A model generated the notes under the pieces. The model searched no databases. It was not told the origin of the DNA and was given only the letters and a program-made list of their open reading frames with translations. This document shows positions 28,251-42,110 of a stretch of DNA of 64,000 nt, one piece after another (the first letter of the stretch is position 1; every line of letters starts with the position of its first letter). Made by a program: the position numbers and the translations under genes. Where the stretch lies: positions 47,988,001 through 48,052,000 of the forward strand of contig OX597823.1 of NCBI GenBank assembly GCA_951406725.2. The letters are read 5' to 3'. Source of the DNA: Octopus vulgaris. Its lineage: Eukaryota.

Positions 28251-28302
28251 AGCTGTTAAAACAAATGGCTCTTTTGTAGGTACACCTGCACTTTCATCAG
28301 TG

Positions 28303-28640
28303 AAGGCGAACAGCTCAGTGGTTTGAGCGTTGGGCTCACAATCATGAGGTAGTGAGTTCGATTCCAAAACCAGGCTGTGTATTATGATCTTCAGCATGAC
28401 ACTTTATTTCATGTTGCTCCAGTTCACTTGGCTGTAGAAATGAGCTGCACCATCACTGGTGCCAAGCTGTGTTGGCGTTTGTCTTTCCCTCGGATAACAT
28501 CAGTAGAGTGAAGAAGGGAGGCTGGTATGCATGGGCGACTGCTGGTCTTTCACAAACAACCTTGCCCAGACTTGTGCCTCAGAAGGGAACTCACTAGCTA
28601 CAATCTCATGGTCATTCATGACCAAGGGGGTCTCTACCTT
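28303..28640 (+). mobile_element. tRNA-derived SINE family B
   Basis: AGCTCAGTGGTTTGAGC...GAGTTCGATTCC head; shared body CACTTTATTTCATGTTGCTCCAGTTCACT; tail AAACAACCTTGCCCAGACTTGTGCCTC. Confidence 0.8.
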
Positions 28641-28976
28641 TTTTACTTCCATCAATAATTAACCATCCCCTCTTAGAATTACAATTGTGTCTGAATCAGA
28701 AACCAATATTAATATCCTTATATTCTATGTATGTAAACACACACACAGACAAATACACATACAGATACATGCACCTGTGCACACACACACATACACACAC
28801 ACACACAAACATAAATACAATGGGCTTCTTTCAGTTTTGGTCTACCAAATCCACAAGGCTTGTCAACCTAAAGCTATAGTAGAAGACATTTACCAAAAGT
28901 GCCACACAGTTGATGTGAATCCAGCATCATGAGGTCAGGAAACGCAAACTTCTTACCACATAACCATCCCTGTGCC

Positions 28977-29046
<70 letters not shown>

Positions 29047-29055
29047 CATACATAC

Positions 29056-29121
<66 letters not shown>

Positions 29122-29125
29122 TTAC

Positions 29126-29164
<39 letters not shown>

Positions 29165-29329
29165 AGCATATATCTATCTATTTCTCTATCTATCTATCTA
29201 TATTTATATATATATACGTATGTATGCATATATTATGTATGTATGTATGTATGTATGTATGTATGTATGTATGTATGTATGTATGTATAATTATATATAT
29301 TTCCATGCATAGTTACACACACACACACA

Positions 29330-29385
<56 letters not shown>

Positions 29386-29520
29386 AGTGAATGAACGCAT
29401 ACATATATATATATATATATGTATGTGTGTATCTACAGGTGTAGACAGATTTTGCTTTTCTTTTTTTTTTTTTTTTTGCTATGGAAGCAGAAACAAGCAA
29501 AAAACAGTTGTTGCACTTAC

Positions 29521-29603
29521 TCTTCTTCTTCTCATTTTTCTGATCACGATTCAGAAAATATTCAAACTGCGGGATCATCGATGTTTTGGAAACTAGTTGC
29601 CAA
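29521..29603 (-). CDS. Candidate internal coding exon (83 nt): xWQLVSKTSMIPQFEYFLNRDQKNEKKK
   Basis: Acceptor TCCTTCAG, donor GTAAGT, only one open frame, CpGs retained; product not recognised. Confidence 0.55.
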
Positions 29604-29999
29604 CTGAAGGATAATATTTTCATTTGCTTTATCAACGAAATTCATCAGAATATGAAGCTGTATTTAGATATTTTCTATAACATGTTTAGAAACGATCAAT
29701 ATCAAAGTCGGGCAGTGGATTTTAAGGATATGCATACTTCTCTTCCCTTCAATACACATGTTTTATGTGCAATGAAATGTAAAACACTTAACAGTACACA
29801 TTTTGGTATGTATTGTCTTATTAATATGATTACATTAATAAAACATGCCTATTTATACAAACATACATAAACTTATTGATATATATTCGGCTCTTCCTGC
29901 TTCTGTCTGTCTTTCTTTCTTTCTTCCTCTCACTCTCTCCCTCTCTCCCCATATTCGTAAATACATAACTTACACACACACACAAACACACACACACAA

Positions 30000-30030
<31 letters not shown>

Positions 30031-30462
30031 AACACACACACACAAACACACACATATGCACACACATGCGCACATGTTTAAATATGTGCATATATGTCTA
30101 TATATGTGTGTGTGTATATTTGTATGTATAAGTTGTGCATTGAATATGCATAAATACAGCAGAGGTAAAAAAAAAAAAAGCATGCGCAAAAAAACCATAA
30201 AACAGAGGGAATAAAAATTTTCATCTGAAGTTCTTATCTGTAAGAGAGAATAGGTGAATTATTATATAAGTGCTCTGAAAGATGAGGGAATTTCTATAAT
30301 CCAAAAAGCTATCTTTAATTGTCACCTCAACCATGATGACATTACAGAAAAAATTTACATTTGATCAAACAAAACCGAACCGTTTTACATTTGACTTTCA
30401 TTCCATAGATGAGATTTCATACACCATCTATGTTCTGTGGTGTCTCATTGTTTGTCTCTATG

Positions 30463-30496
<34 letters not shown>

Positions 30497-31214
30497 GTCA
30501 TTTTACAGAGACAGAAACACAGACAAATGCATACACTCGCATATATGTTTGTATTTTTGAAACATATATATATATATATATATGCACATGTATAAATAGG
30601 GATAAATATTTTATAGTTACACATCATGTGCATGCACACGCATGCATACATAAGCATACACATACACATCTACACATGTGTGTATTTACATGTGCATCTG
30701 TATATGTAGATGTATATGAGTGACTGTATAGATATGTATATTCATAAATACATTCATATACATATAATAAATATGTACGTATATATTTATATATATATAT
30801 ATACACACATACATATATATTATTTATATATATGTGCATATACATAAATATATACATCTATATGTATGTGTGTCTATATATATACACACACACATGCACA
30901 TATATATATACATACATGCATAATACAACATACATATATGTATTTTTGTGTATTCATGTATATAAATTTGTATGTATGCGTGTGTGCAAATAAGTATATA
31001 CATATACACATACATACACACATACATAAACACATATACACACATACATAAACACATATACACACATACATGCACACACACACACAAATATATACATACA
31101 TTCATACTAGTGTAAATGAAAGGGAATAGTCATACATGAACTTCAATATACATTTTATGCTTACATAGAAGTTATTTCTACATAAAACCATATAAACATG
31201 TATACATGTGTGTG

Positions 31215-31252
<38 letters not shown>

Positions 31253-31265
31253 CATACATACACGC

Positions 31266-31300
<35 letters not shown>

Positions 31301-31471
31301 TGTATGACAGTTGATAGATGTATATATTTTTTTAAAAGTAAATATACCTCTGTAATATTTGCTGCGGTGCAATGCATAACAAATAGATTCTGGTTAAATA
31401 AGATTGTTTCAAATAGTAGTAACTGTATTTTTATGTATTTACTTCTATGTAGGTGCACACACACACACACA

Positions 31472-31505
<34 letters not shown>

Positions 31506-32129
31506 TAAACATGAGCACATATGCATGAGAATGCATAAATGTGTGTGTATCCATGTAAGTTTGCATGTATATGTGTTTTATCATTGTCATCACCATCGTC
31601 ATTGCCACTACTGCTACCACCACTGTCATCGCCATCGTTCATCATCATGGTAGGTTTTATGTCTCCTTGTCCCATGCTGTCATGAGTTAGATGAAATATG
31701 ATGAGGTAGTCTCCCTGTCACCAACCCTTTCTTTCTTCTAAGCAAGGTATATATTCTTCAATTCTTTTCTGCAACAAACTGCACAATGCCAAACATGCTT
31801 CTGCAGAAGGTGGAATAATGGTACCACCTAAATGGTGTCATTGTTTTGCACTTTAAGCTTGTAACCAATACCAACACAGAGATGGAAAGAAACAAACCCT
31901 GCATAAAAGACTCCCATGTACATACATATAAGATTATGAAACAGCTGTAAACATATGCAATAAACATTTGCTGTCATACATCACTTCACATATCTGTTCT
32001 GGTGAGAAACTGTGATGATTTTTGGCTGATAACCGATGAAGGACAAGCACATCCATGTCTCGTTTGTGATTTCTGTGTATTCCTTTGTCGTCATTCTTAG
32101 CAATTTTCTTTATTCTTATATCTTCAATC

Positions 32130-32568
32130 TTTTATCTTTGTCTTGCTTCAGTCATTAGACTGCGGCCATGCTGGGGCACCACCTTCAAGAATTTTTAGCT
32201 GAATGAAACAACCCTGGTACTTTTGTTTCTTTTGAACCCCGTTACTTATTCCATTTTTTCTTTTGATGAACCACTAAGTTATAGGGATGTAAACAAACCA
32301 ACAATGAGTGTCAAGTAGTGACAGTGGAGGACAAACTCAAATACACACACACATATATATATATACATTCATACATACACACACACACACATACACACAC
32401 ACACACACACCACACACACATATATATAAGAACTTCTTTCAATATCCATTCAAAAGGTTTTGGTCAGCCCAAGAATATAGTTGAAGACATTTGCCCAACG
32501 TGCCACACAGTGGGACTAAACATGGAACCATGTGGTTGGGCAGCAAGCTTCTTTTCACACAGCCACAT
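32130..32568 (-). mobile_element. SINE family A, reverse
   Basis: Reverse complement of family A. Confidence 0.75.
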
Positions 32569-32769
32569 GAATAATTTGTTATAAAAAAATTCCTTGAGTA
32601 TTTGTCCAGTGTTTTCTCTCTGTTAGAGCCAAAGCAAATCTTTTCGGACACCATATGGATTTCTTCAAATGTAGAATTGGTGATGGAAGCATCCATGAAA
32701 TTATATTCTCCTGTTCTGACTTAGCAGTCAAAACACTAAAAACAATTCTAACAACAAAGCTACCAAGAA

Positions 32770-33569
32770 AAGAATTACTTGTTGGATCCAGGAATATGTG
32801 AACTCTTCAGGATAATGGTTTTGATTCTGAGAGGAAGATAGCTCTTATTACAGAGTCTTTGAGCAAATATGATATCGATATTATTGCTCACAGTAAGGTG
32901 GCAAGCTAGCAGAATCATTAGCATACTGTGCAAGATATTTTGTGGCATTTCGTTTGATTTTACATCCTGAGTTCAAATTCCACTGATGTTAGTTTTGCCT
33001 TTCATCTTTTTGGGGTTGATAGTATAAGTATCAGTTGAGAACTGGGGTTGATGTAATCAACTCAACAATTCCCCAAAATTGCTGGCCTTGTGCCAAAATT
33101 TAAAATCACTATTACTGCTTATAGTGAGACATGTTTTGCTATGGTAGTTCAACCAGAAGAAATAAGAACAGGCTACATAATTTTAGAGGAGGCAAAGAAG
33201 AAAAATAAAACCAGGTTATGCGGTATTGGTGATATCAGTATAATTAAAAACTACCATGGCAAAATACCTATCAATATTTCCCTAAGCTTAAATTGCATTT
33301 ATCACACTAGAAGTAGATCTGAAAGAGCAGAGCTCAACATACTGAAACAGCTGGTTATGTTCTGACAATTTCACATAATGAACACCAGACATGGCAGTGT
33401 GGTAGGAAGTTTGCTCCCCAACCACAGTGCTTTGGGTTCAATACCACTGTGCAAAACCATGGGCAAGTATCTTATACTATAGCCGCTGACCAACTAAAGC
33501 CTTATGAGTGAATTTGGTAAACAGAAACTGAAAGAAGCTTGTTGTGTATATGTATTACTCTGTGTGTGT

Positions 33570-33646
<77 letters not shown>

Positions 33647-35510
33647 AGTGTGTGTGTGTGTGTGTGTGTGTCTTTGTGTCTGTGTTTGTCCCTCACCACT
33701 ACTTGACCACCAGTGTTGGTGTGTTTACATCCCTGTAAGTTAGCAGTTCAGCAAAAAAAAACGATATAGTAAGTATCAGGCCAAAAACAAAAAAGAATAA
33801 GTACTGAGGTTGATTCATTCAATTAAAAGTTCTTCGAAGCAGTGCCCCAGTATGGCCACATTCAAATGACTGAAACAAGTAAAAGATACAAAATATAAAT
33901 TTTAATACAAGATATAAGTCCTGTCACCTCAAAATCCCGACAAAGATTTCCTACATAGGGACTCTAATGTCAGGCTAGAATTTAATGCTCAAACTTGATC
34001 TGAAATAATAGCTAAACATGGTTTAGACAAAATGGATAACAATGGGAAACGTCTGTTCTACTTTTGTAATGAATTAAAATTTTCTGTCACAAACACACTA
34101 TTCTAGCAGGCAAATAACCATAAAACAACTTGGATGCATCCTCAGTCTAAGGGCTGGCATTTAATTGCTCACATAATCACCAGAAAACAGGATAAAATAG
34201 ATGTTCTTTTTACTCGTTCATTCCATATCGCTTAGCTGTCAGATCATTCATTGTTATACTATAAAGTATCCTTCAGAATTTCAGGAAAACAACGACATCA
34301 AAATATCAAAGCTTCTAGATGTATAAATGTCAAGTCACTCGAGGTTGAGGATAAGAATCTCAAACTCTCTGATAAATTAGATGCAACTCTGTTAAATGTA
34401 AATATAAGGGAAAATATCGAAGGAAGCATGAAAATATCTCAAAGAAGCAACATAAAATACCTCTACAGCCACATTGTAAACATCAAGATAGGCTCAATGA
34501 AGACAACCTTAAAGTTAAAAGTATTTCTTATATAAAATGTAGATTGTATGCAACAATTAGATGCCATAAAAAAAAAAGAAAACCAAATGCCAAGGGAAAA
34601 AGAAGACTTATTTTGAGCTAAAACGATCAATCCAAAGTCTTTAAGACTTGTGGAACAAATATGGTAGGCACAGAAAGTGACTGAGATTCAATCTGTAGCA
34701 GACAAGAAGGATATTAGATCAGACAAGAAAATGGTTTATGGATTACAGATTTGTAGTTCATCTACTGTCATGTCATGGCTGCAGAACATAGAAAACTACT
34801 GAGTAGAAGAACAAACAAAAAAAAAAAAAAAAGAAAAAGAAAAAGAACAAGGCCTTACTTACAACAATGGAAATACTTTGAGACTGGTTTTGAATATTGA
34901 TTCATCAATTCAAAAGAATATCTTTCTACAAAGCCCAATATAGTACAACTTACATATCTCTTGAATTCAATAAATATGGTGCCAATTAAATTAACTGATT
35001 AAATTTTATCACTAACATGAAGCAACAGGAATGTTCCCAAGGGCTTTTAAGTGTGCTTTTCCATCAAACATCTTTTCAAAAACAAGGGCAATAAAATCCT
35101 GGATCATCACATCATAAACAGACAGATTACTCTTCTTGCAGCAAGAATTTACCCATAACTGTATGTGGCTTTAAGTCATGCAGACGGATAATCAATATAA
35201 TATACACTTTGAAATAGATTACAGAAAAAAAATATAGAAGAAAAAATCAGGAATTGTACTCTGTTCTTGTTGGCCTTATTAAGGCATTGACTGTGGCATC
35301 CAAGAGACTCACTGGAATGAACTACCAAAAATCCTAGGAGCTAATAACATGTTAACTGTTATTATTTGATAATATAAGAGTTGCAGCTATATCAGGAGGA
35401 GAATCATTTGAATCTTTCAGTCACTGATTGGACAAAATAATAAGTCTATGTTTTGGCTTCAGTGTTGTCGGCTCTTTATTTCTTAGTTTTCCTTAACAAC
35501 ATTTTAAAAA
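32770..35510 (+). mobile_element. Decayed RTE (BovB-like) LINE: APE endonuclease and RT, interrupted by two SINEs
   Basis: ERKIALITESLSKYDIDIIAHSET; IGDSNVRL; NNGKRL...VTNTLF; KTTWMHPQSKGWHLI; SDHSLL; many stops and frameshifts. Confidence 0.8.
33388..33888 (+). mobile_element. SINE family A nested in the RTE LINE
   Basis: Head, long (TG)n, tail. Confidence 0.8.
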
Positions 35511-36591
35511 ACTTTTGACAAATTTGTCAGATTCAATCCTTTATCATTCAGATTACTCTGTCAGATGTAATGCTTATTTATTCACAATGTTTTGAATTTA
35601 TTATTTATTATCTCAGAGTTTCAAAATTTCATTGATGTGATTGTTTATTTTTTGGAATGATATTGTAGGATAGGTATGAGAGGCCAGATTTGGCCAGTTT
35701 GAACATAAAACAGGTAGAATATTTGGGCCTGACATGGCTGGTCTAAATGTTTATAGGTTAAATTTCATATTAATGGAGATATGTTAATCACCAGATAATC
35801 ATGGTAAAAATGCTTGATATTTCTCTCAAAGCATACTTTAATATCATATAAAAAGAAAGACTATTTGAATAAAAGAGAGGATTGTCAATGCTAATATATC
35901 TTTGGTGAGAACCCTACTTGGTTAGAGTTTAATTAGTGTTAAATATTAATAACCTAAACATCTTTCACCGGTTCTTACTGAAGCATTGTACCATTATATA
36001 CTTGTAGAAGTGAGGCGAATGTCCTTGTGGATAAAGTAATGATTATTGGGTGATCATAGGGTTGTTTGTTTAAGTCTACTCCTGACATTTCATTGTGTTT
36101 ATTCTGCATTGCCTAAGTTTGTCTCACCATAGAGAATTTATTTATATTTCGGGTTATTTGGGAATGTTCCATTACAGGGTTGAGTCCTTGCTGCAGTGCT
36201 GTAGCTTGAGTGCTTCAATGATCCTGAGAACTCTGCCAACAGAGTACAAGCTCCTGGTAAGGTTCCCTCTCCCCACCCTGTGTTGAACAGGTCAAATAAA
36301 TAGTGGACAAACCAACATGTACTACTTTTTCCTGGGGCTAAAAATGGCTTTCTGTTAGGTAAACATTGCTAGTTAGAAAAAGAAAAATTACAAAAGCATT
36401 AATGACAATTCAAAACCAACATTTTTTTCTTCCTATTATTTTTAACAAATTATGATAGGCAGTGCTCCAGTATGGCTGCATTCCAATGACTGAAACCAGT
36501 AAAAGAATAAAATAATTCTAATCTATTTAATTTAATGTAGTTGCTCTGTATTTCATATTAATTTTCATTCCACATTTGTCTTTTTTACTTG

Positions 36592-36675
36592 ATTGGCTAA
36601 TTCAATTATTGGCTTGGTTACAAAGCATCCACATTAGTGTAGTTCTCGCCTATTGGATATGTGTAGATATATATC
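36592..36675 (+). promoter_or_regulatory. Candidate Pol II promoter: three reverse CCAAT boxes and a TATA-like element
   Basis: ATTGG at 36592, 36608, 36652; GATATATATC at 36666; GTAAGT donor at 36757. Confidence 0.4.
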
Positions 36676-36876
36676 TCTCTTTGAGAAGGGAAACAGAATG
36701 AAGAGAGTGAAAGAGAGTGAGAAAAGAATTTTTAGGATTAGTATTTTTTATTCTTAGTAAGTATTCCTTTGTTAAATGATGCCAAACATTAGCAGAGGTG
36801 AACTAGATAAGTTGTTTAACAATAATTTCATGAATGATGAAATTATAATGACTACACACTTTTCCTTGTGTTTCAG

Positions 36877-36937
36877 GAAAGAGGACTTTGTTCTGTATAC
36901 ATTCACCTAACCTAAAAGATTAAATACCAAATATTCA
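36877..36937 (+). other. Candidate non-coding (5' UTR) exon, 61 nt
   Basis: Acceptor CTTTTCCTTGTGTTTCAG and donor GTAAGT. Confidence 0.5.
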
Positions 36938-37429
36938 GTAAGTGCTGCCTGAAATATCTTGGCATTCTATCCAAGGATACATTTCTTTCTCATGGAACCT
37001 GAAACTAGCAGCTGGATATATCTTCCTGTGTAATTCAAAGATATGTAAAATCAAACACTTAAGTTCATGTTGGTCAAGAATCTATGGTGAAGACAGCCAA
37101 ACAGCTTTAATTGGAGATATCTGGTGTAGCCTCTGATTATATTTGAACTTATGTATGTATGTATGTATGTATGTATTTATGTGTGTATGTGTGTATGTGT
37201 GTGTGTGTGTGTATAGTACTTGTGATGGTGCCATGTAAAAAGCACCCTGTACACTCTGTAAAGTGATTGGTATTAGAATGGGCATCAAGCTGCAGAAACC
37301 ATGCCAAAACAGACCATGGAATCTGATGTGGCTCCTGGCTTTGCCAGCTGCTGCCAAACCATTCAACTCGTGCCAGGCTGAAAAATGGAGTTAAATGATG
37401 ATGATGATGATGATGACGACGACGACGAC

Positions 37430-37460
<31 letters not shown>

Positions 37461-37493
37461 CTTGCAGTTACTCTGTTTTGATTCTTCTTTTAG

Positions 37494-37510
37494 GGAAAGA
37501 AGAGATGGCA
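37494..37510 (+). CDS. Candidate 17-nt micro-exon containing start codon (GAG ATG GCA)
   Basis: Acceptor TTTTGATTCTTCTTTTAG, donor GTGAGT, ATG at 37505 in good Kozak context. Confidence 0.4.
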
Positions 37511-37578
37511 GTGAGTTTCTGTGTTATGAGTCTGTAATTGTATGAACAAATTTGCTCATACATCTTCCTCTGTACATG

Positions 37579-37614
<36 letters not shown>

Positions 37615-38360
37615 GTGTTCGCACGCATATGTGCATGTGTTTGTGCCTGCCTCTGTGTGTATATGCGTGTATGTGTACATGTATGTGCTCCTATTTGTCT
37701 GTGTCATATTTTTCAAGCAGATAAGAACTAATAACTATTTGTGTCATCAACTTTTTTTGCTGATTCAGACATTGATAAACTTTCATCAGATGAGCTAATT
37801 AATGGGATTAATAATATGTTCAGTTAGTTCTAAAGGAATTTATATTTCTTTTATTAATCATTCTGATTAAAACAGTTAACATGAGACAAAGCTAAGCAAC
37901 AGAGGGGGCCTCTACATGGCTACTCAAACTACAAAGAATATTAGCAAAGATTACATCAGGTTATACCATCATCATCGCCATGGTTGTTGTCATCATTGTT
38001 GTTGTTGTTGTTATTGTTGTTGCTGTCATCGTTTTTGTCGTTGTCGTCATTATCATTGTCATCATCATCTTCATCATCATCATCAGCGACATCTAACATC
38101 CACTTTTCCATGCCTGCAAGAATTGAACAGAGTTTATTTGAGGCAGATTTTCAGTGAGTTTGATGCCCTTCCTTTGACCAACCATCACCTATTTGCAAGT
38201 GGAGTAATAATTTCCACTTGGCCATACATGTTCTCATGGCATATAGGAAATAAATGACACTGCTTGTATGACAGTGATGCTCATTTACAACAAATTCGAG
38301 ACATCAAGACAGAAAGACTCAAACACACACACATATACATACATATATATATATATATTT

Positions 38361-38648
38361 GTAAAAAATGAAGTTTGAAAATGCCGCTATATTAGATAAA
38401 TTTTAATTCAACATGTTTCGGTTCTTGAAATAACGAACCTTATCAAAAAAATTTTTTTATAATAAAGAGAGTCCATGCTATATGCTTAAAGAGTATGATG
38501 GAACAGTTCATAATTGTGACATACATTCAATAGAGTCAAATATAAAAAATCCATGTTCTTGAAAAGGCGAGGAGTTCATTATAGATTTTACCTTGAGTTC
38601 CAATGGGAGCAACAGTAATGATTCTTGGTCGGCGTCTGCTGGCGTAAT

Positions 38649-38649
<1 letters not shown>
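38361..38649 (-). mobile_element. Short non-coding element in (TA)n with minimal HHR (38405-38451)
   Basis: Minus strand: TTGATAA-GGTTC-gttatttcaa-GAACC-GAAAC-at-GTT-gaatt; palindromic ACATGT stem III; shares the GAAAATGC motif with the other (TA)n elements. Confidence 0.65.
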
Positions 38650-38684
<35 letters not shown>

Positions 38685-39317
38685 CACTAGCTTAAAAGCC
38701 AGCATATTGGGTAGCTTTTAAGCTAGCTTCTGAGGAGGGCTCTTCATTGGGCCTTGGGCCCAACAATGACACTTCATGCATTGAGTAGATATTAAATTTT
38801 ATTAAACTTGACCAATATTTTTCAAGCATTGAACAATTTTCATCAAAACAATGATATAATTTGTTGACTTGGAACTTATTGCAAAACTGCAGGATAAACA
38901 ACATTTTTTTGTTTTCCCATTCGGGGGGTCAGTACAATTTTTTTTCTGTCTGACCTCTTTCTTTCTTTCTTTCTCTTTCTCTCATTCTTTTAATTGTTTT
39001 CAACCATCACCATCACCAGTACCACCACCATCACTACCACAACTGTCATACACACACTGTTCAGATTTCTGACGCCACCACCTTTGACTTCACTGCTTTC
39101 CCCTCCACCACCATCATCCCCGTCACCTCCGCCTCTATCACAACTATGGCTCATACTATCACCCCATTACCATCACAACTGTCAGTCTATTACTGTCTCT
39201 ATGCCTACCGTTACTCTCACCCCAACATGAGCAATAGTAGAAGTGTCAATGAATAGAGAGAGAGGTGGGGGTTGAAGTGTGACACACTGACACACAGAAA
39301 TTAGTTTTCACATTTAT

Positions 39318-39364
<47 letters not shown>

Positions 39365-40528
39365 CACACACACACACATATATATATATATACAAACACA
39401 CACAACGGGCTTCTTTCAGTTTCTATCAACCAAATCCACACAAAAGCTTTAGTTAACTTCAGGTTATAGTAGAAGACACTTTTCCAAGGTTCCACTCAGT
39501 GGGAACTGAACCCTGAACAAAGTGGTAGGTAAGCAAACATCTTATCACACAACCATACCTATCACAGACAAAGCACTGCATATGTGATAATGGCATCCTA
39601 GTCGATTGTGTCTGAATAATGGAGGCAGCTTTAATATGCAAGCATATTCGAGGATTATCAGTTGCTGTTGGTTATTGGCAATCATGATTGGCTTCATAAT
39701 TATTCAACCATTATTCTCTGGGCACATTTTTTTTATCAAAGTGTGTATCTACTTAATCATAAAGAATTCACTTATTGTTAGTGTTTGCAAGCGACAAGAA
39801 ATAATCTTTCAGGAAGCCACAACTGCATTGCGACAGTAAGATTAGATCAAGGTTGTACTCTGTGCTGTGATTGGCCAGTTGTAAGATACTGAGGAGTGCA
39901 GTATAGACCAGCTTTCTCTCCAGGAGAATGATTCTTTTCTCATCTATTTTATGTAAGAGAGTCACCTAACTGACATATGACCAAAGGCATTCTAACTTTG
40001 ATGATCCAGTGACAAAGGTAATGTGTCAAAAACATGTCATTCAAGCTTATGACATCTTTCACTTTCTTTTTCTCTCTCTCTTTCTCTTTCTCTTTCTCTC
40101 TCTCTCTCTCTTTCTCTTTCTCTTTCTCGCTTTCTCTCTCTCGGTTATTACCAATGTCCGAAAATACTTAAGATAATAAGTCAAAGGAATGAGAGAATAA
40201 CAATACATAAACTGGAATTGAACCTACATTATATTATTAGTTGGACTGGAGCTTGCCACCACTTAAAATTGCTAGTAACTGTTCCTTCTTAACTCAATCT
40301 ATGGAACTCTTGAACTGGTGTTATATGATAACTGCTTCAGTTTAGAATGAATTTATATTATATGGAGGTGACAGCACTAAGCAATGATGGGGATAAATAC
40401 AAACTAGTTACTATTTCAAATATGACTTAAGACATATTTGAACCTGTCAGAAAGTCATTTATTCTAGTTTGTCATGGAGAAAATTTCTTGCTGTAGTATA
40501 TTTACACTGAATCAACTCACAATACCTC

Positions 40529-41325
40529 TGAGAAATTTTTTCCATGACTGTGAGAAATTTTTTCCCTGACAAAATACAATGAATGGCTTTCTTATGAGTT
40601 CGAATATGTCTCAAAGCATGTTTGAATTGGTAACAAGTTTATATTAGTACACATTACTGCTTAATACTGTCACCCTGCATATCTTATGTATGGTGAGCCA
40701 CTGAATAGCACAACCAGTCGTTGAACAATAACAAAAGAATAACAAAAGAGAGGCCTGTCTCTTGTGTCAGTTTGCAGTGTCTGCCTTTCCAGCGTCTGTT
40801 GCTGAAGAGGAGATAATCACTCTGAAATACATGCCTCCACCAGTCTGGCTTACATTCTGCTGTGAGGTGACTGTGTATTTACACCTGTTTGTCTACAATG
40901 AGAAATTTTCTCAGTGACAAAATATAGTGAATGACTTTCTTATGGGTTCAAAAATACCTCAGGCATATTTGAAATGGTAATATATTTATATACATTACTA
41001 TCTAACACTGGGTATCTTACGTATGGTAAGCCACTGAATAGCACAACAGTCATTGAGCAATAACAGGATTAACATAAGAGGGACCTGCCTCGCATGTCAG
41101 TTTGCAGTGTCTGCCTTTTCATCCTCTGTTGCTGAAGAGGAAATAATCACTCTGAAATACATGCATCCACCAGTCTGGTTAAGTGGCATTGTGAGATGAC
41201 TTACAAGTGTATTTACACCTATTGTCTACAGTGAGAAATTGTCACCATGACAAAATTAAATAAATGGCTTTCTTATGGGTTCAAATATGCCTCAAGCATA
41301 TTTGAAATGGTAGCAAGTTTGTATA
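40529..41325 (+). repeat. About 330-350 bp tandem repeat (2.3 units), each full unit with an HHR-like motif (retrozyme-like)
   Basis: Unit starts near 40550, 40899, 41232; ctgttg-CTGAAGA-GGA(G/A)-ataatca-CTCT-GAAA-TACATGC(C/A)TC-caccag at 40796-40843 and 41126-41173. Confidence 0.75.
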
Positions 41326-41399
41326 AATCTAGATTGTTTGGAACTGGAATAAAACACTAGCAAACTTGGAAAGTGTTTCAGAATATTGAATTCTGTGGA

Positions 41400-42110
41400 A
41401 AGGAAGGTGTTCTTAGTATATATATAATCTAGGGTGTTTGAGGGGAAATAAAATGGAAAAGGATGTATGAAGTAAATTGATTTAATTTTAAATCAGATAG
41501 TAGTCTTGAAGAGCAGGCTGCAGACGAAACTTCATCAGTCAAGAACATAAGAGGATGTAAGAAAATATTTAATATTCTAAATTATGTAGTATGATTCAAA
41601 AGGAAAAAGTTCATGGGATCTTTTAAACTAGATGATTCTGAATGTTCAAATATTTTATCATATTATCTGATGTTTTTCTATAGGTCATATGAAATGGAAT
41701 GCCACTGATAGAAGCAATCACTATGAAAATTACCCAGTTGATTGTCTGGTAATATGATTAAGGAAATGAGAACAAGAATATCATAAGACCTTCATGGGTA
41801 GTTATTGAGCTATAGAAATTGTCAGCTCAGGTAGAGTTTGTACAATTACTCAGTTAGCTAGATTATGCAAAAAGCTATTATTTATAATGATTATTGTATC
41901 AACACCATTATCATCTACTTTAATGGAAAATATAATATATTAATGAAGAAGCATTATATGGAACTAAAACTAACAGATGAGATGATTACAGTGTTTGTAT
42001 GAGTTATAGTATAAAGCTAGTAGAAGATAAAGTTGACATGAATAGAACACAATTTGGGTTTAGATCAGAGAGTGGTGCTATAGGTGCCATATTTCTGATG
42101 AGATGAAATA
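41400..42110 (+). mobile_element. Decayed RTE-type LINE RT remnant
   Basis: EDKVDMNRTQFGFRSESGAIGAIFLMR (QFGF RT motif). Confidence 0.55.

Noticed and set aside
28303-28375. SINE heads as functional tRNA genes
   Set aside because: No acceptor stem; they continue into repeated SINE bodies.
41500-41546. TTGAAGA...GAAAC...GTC as a hammerhead
   Set aside because: Stem II and stem I cannot be formed consistently.
41684-41748. Apparent plus-strand exon (HMKWNATDRSNHYENYPVDCL)
   Set aside because: Lies within a decayed RTE LINE and has a weak donor.
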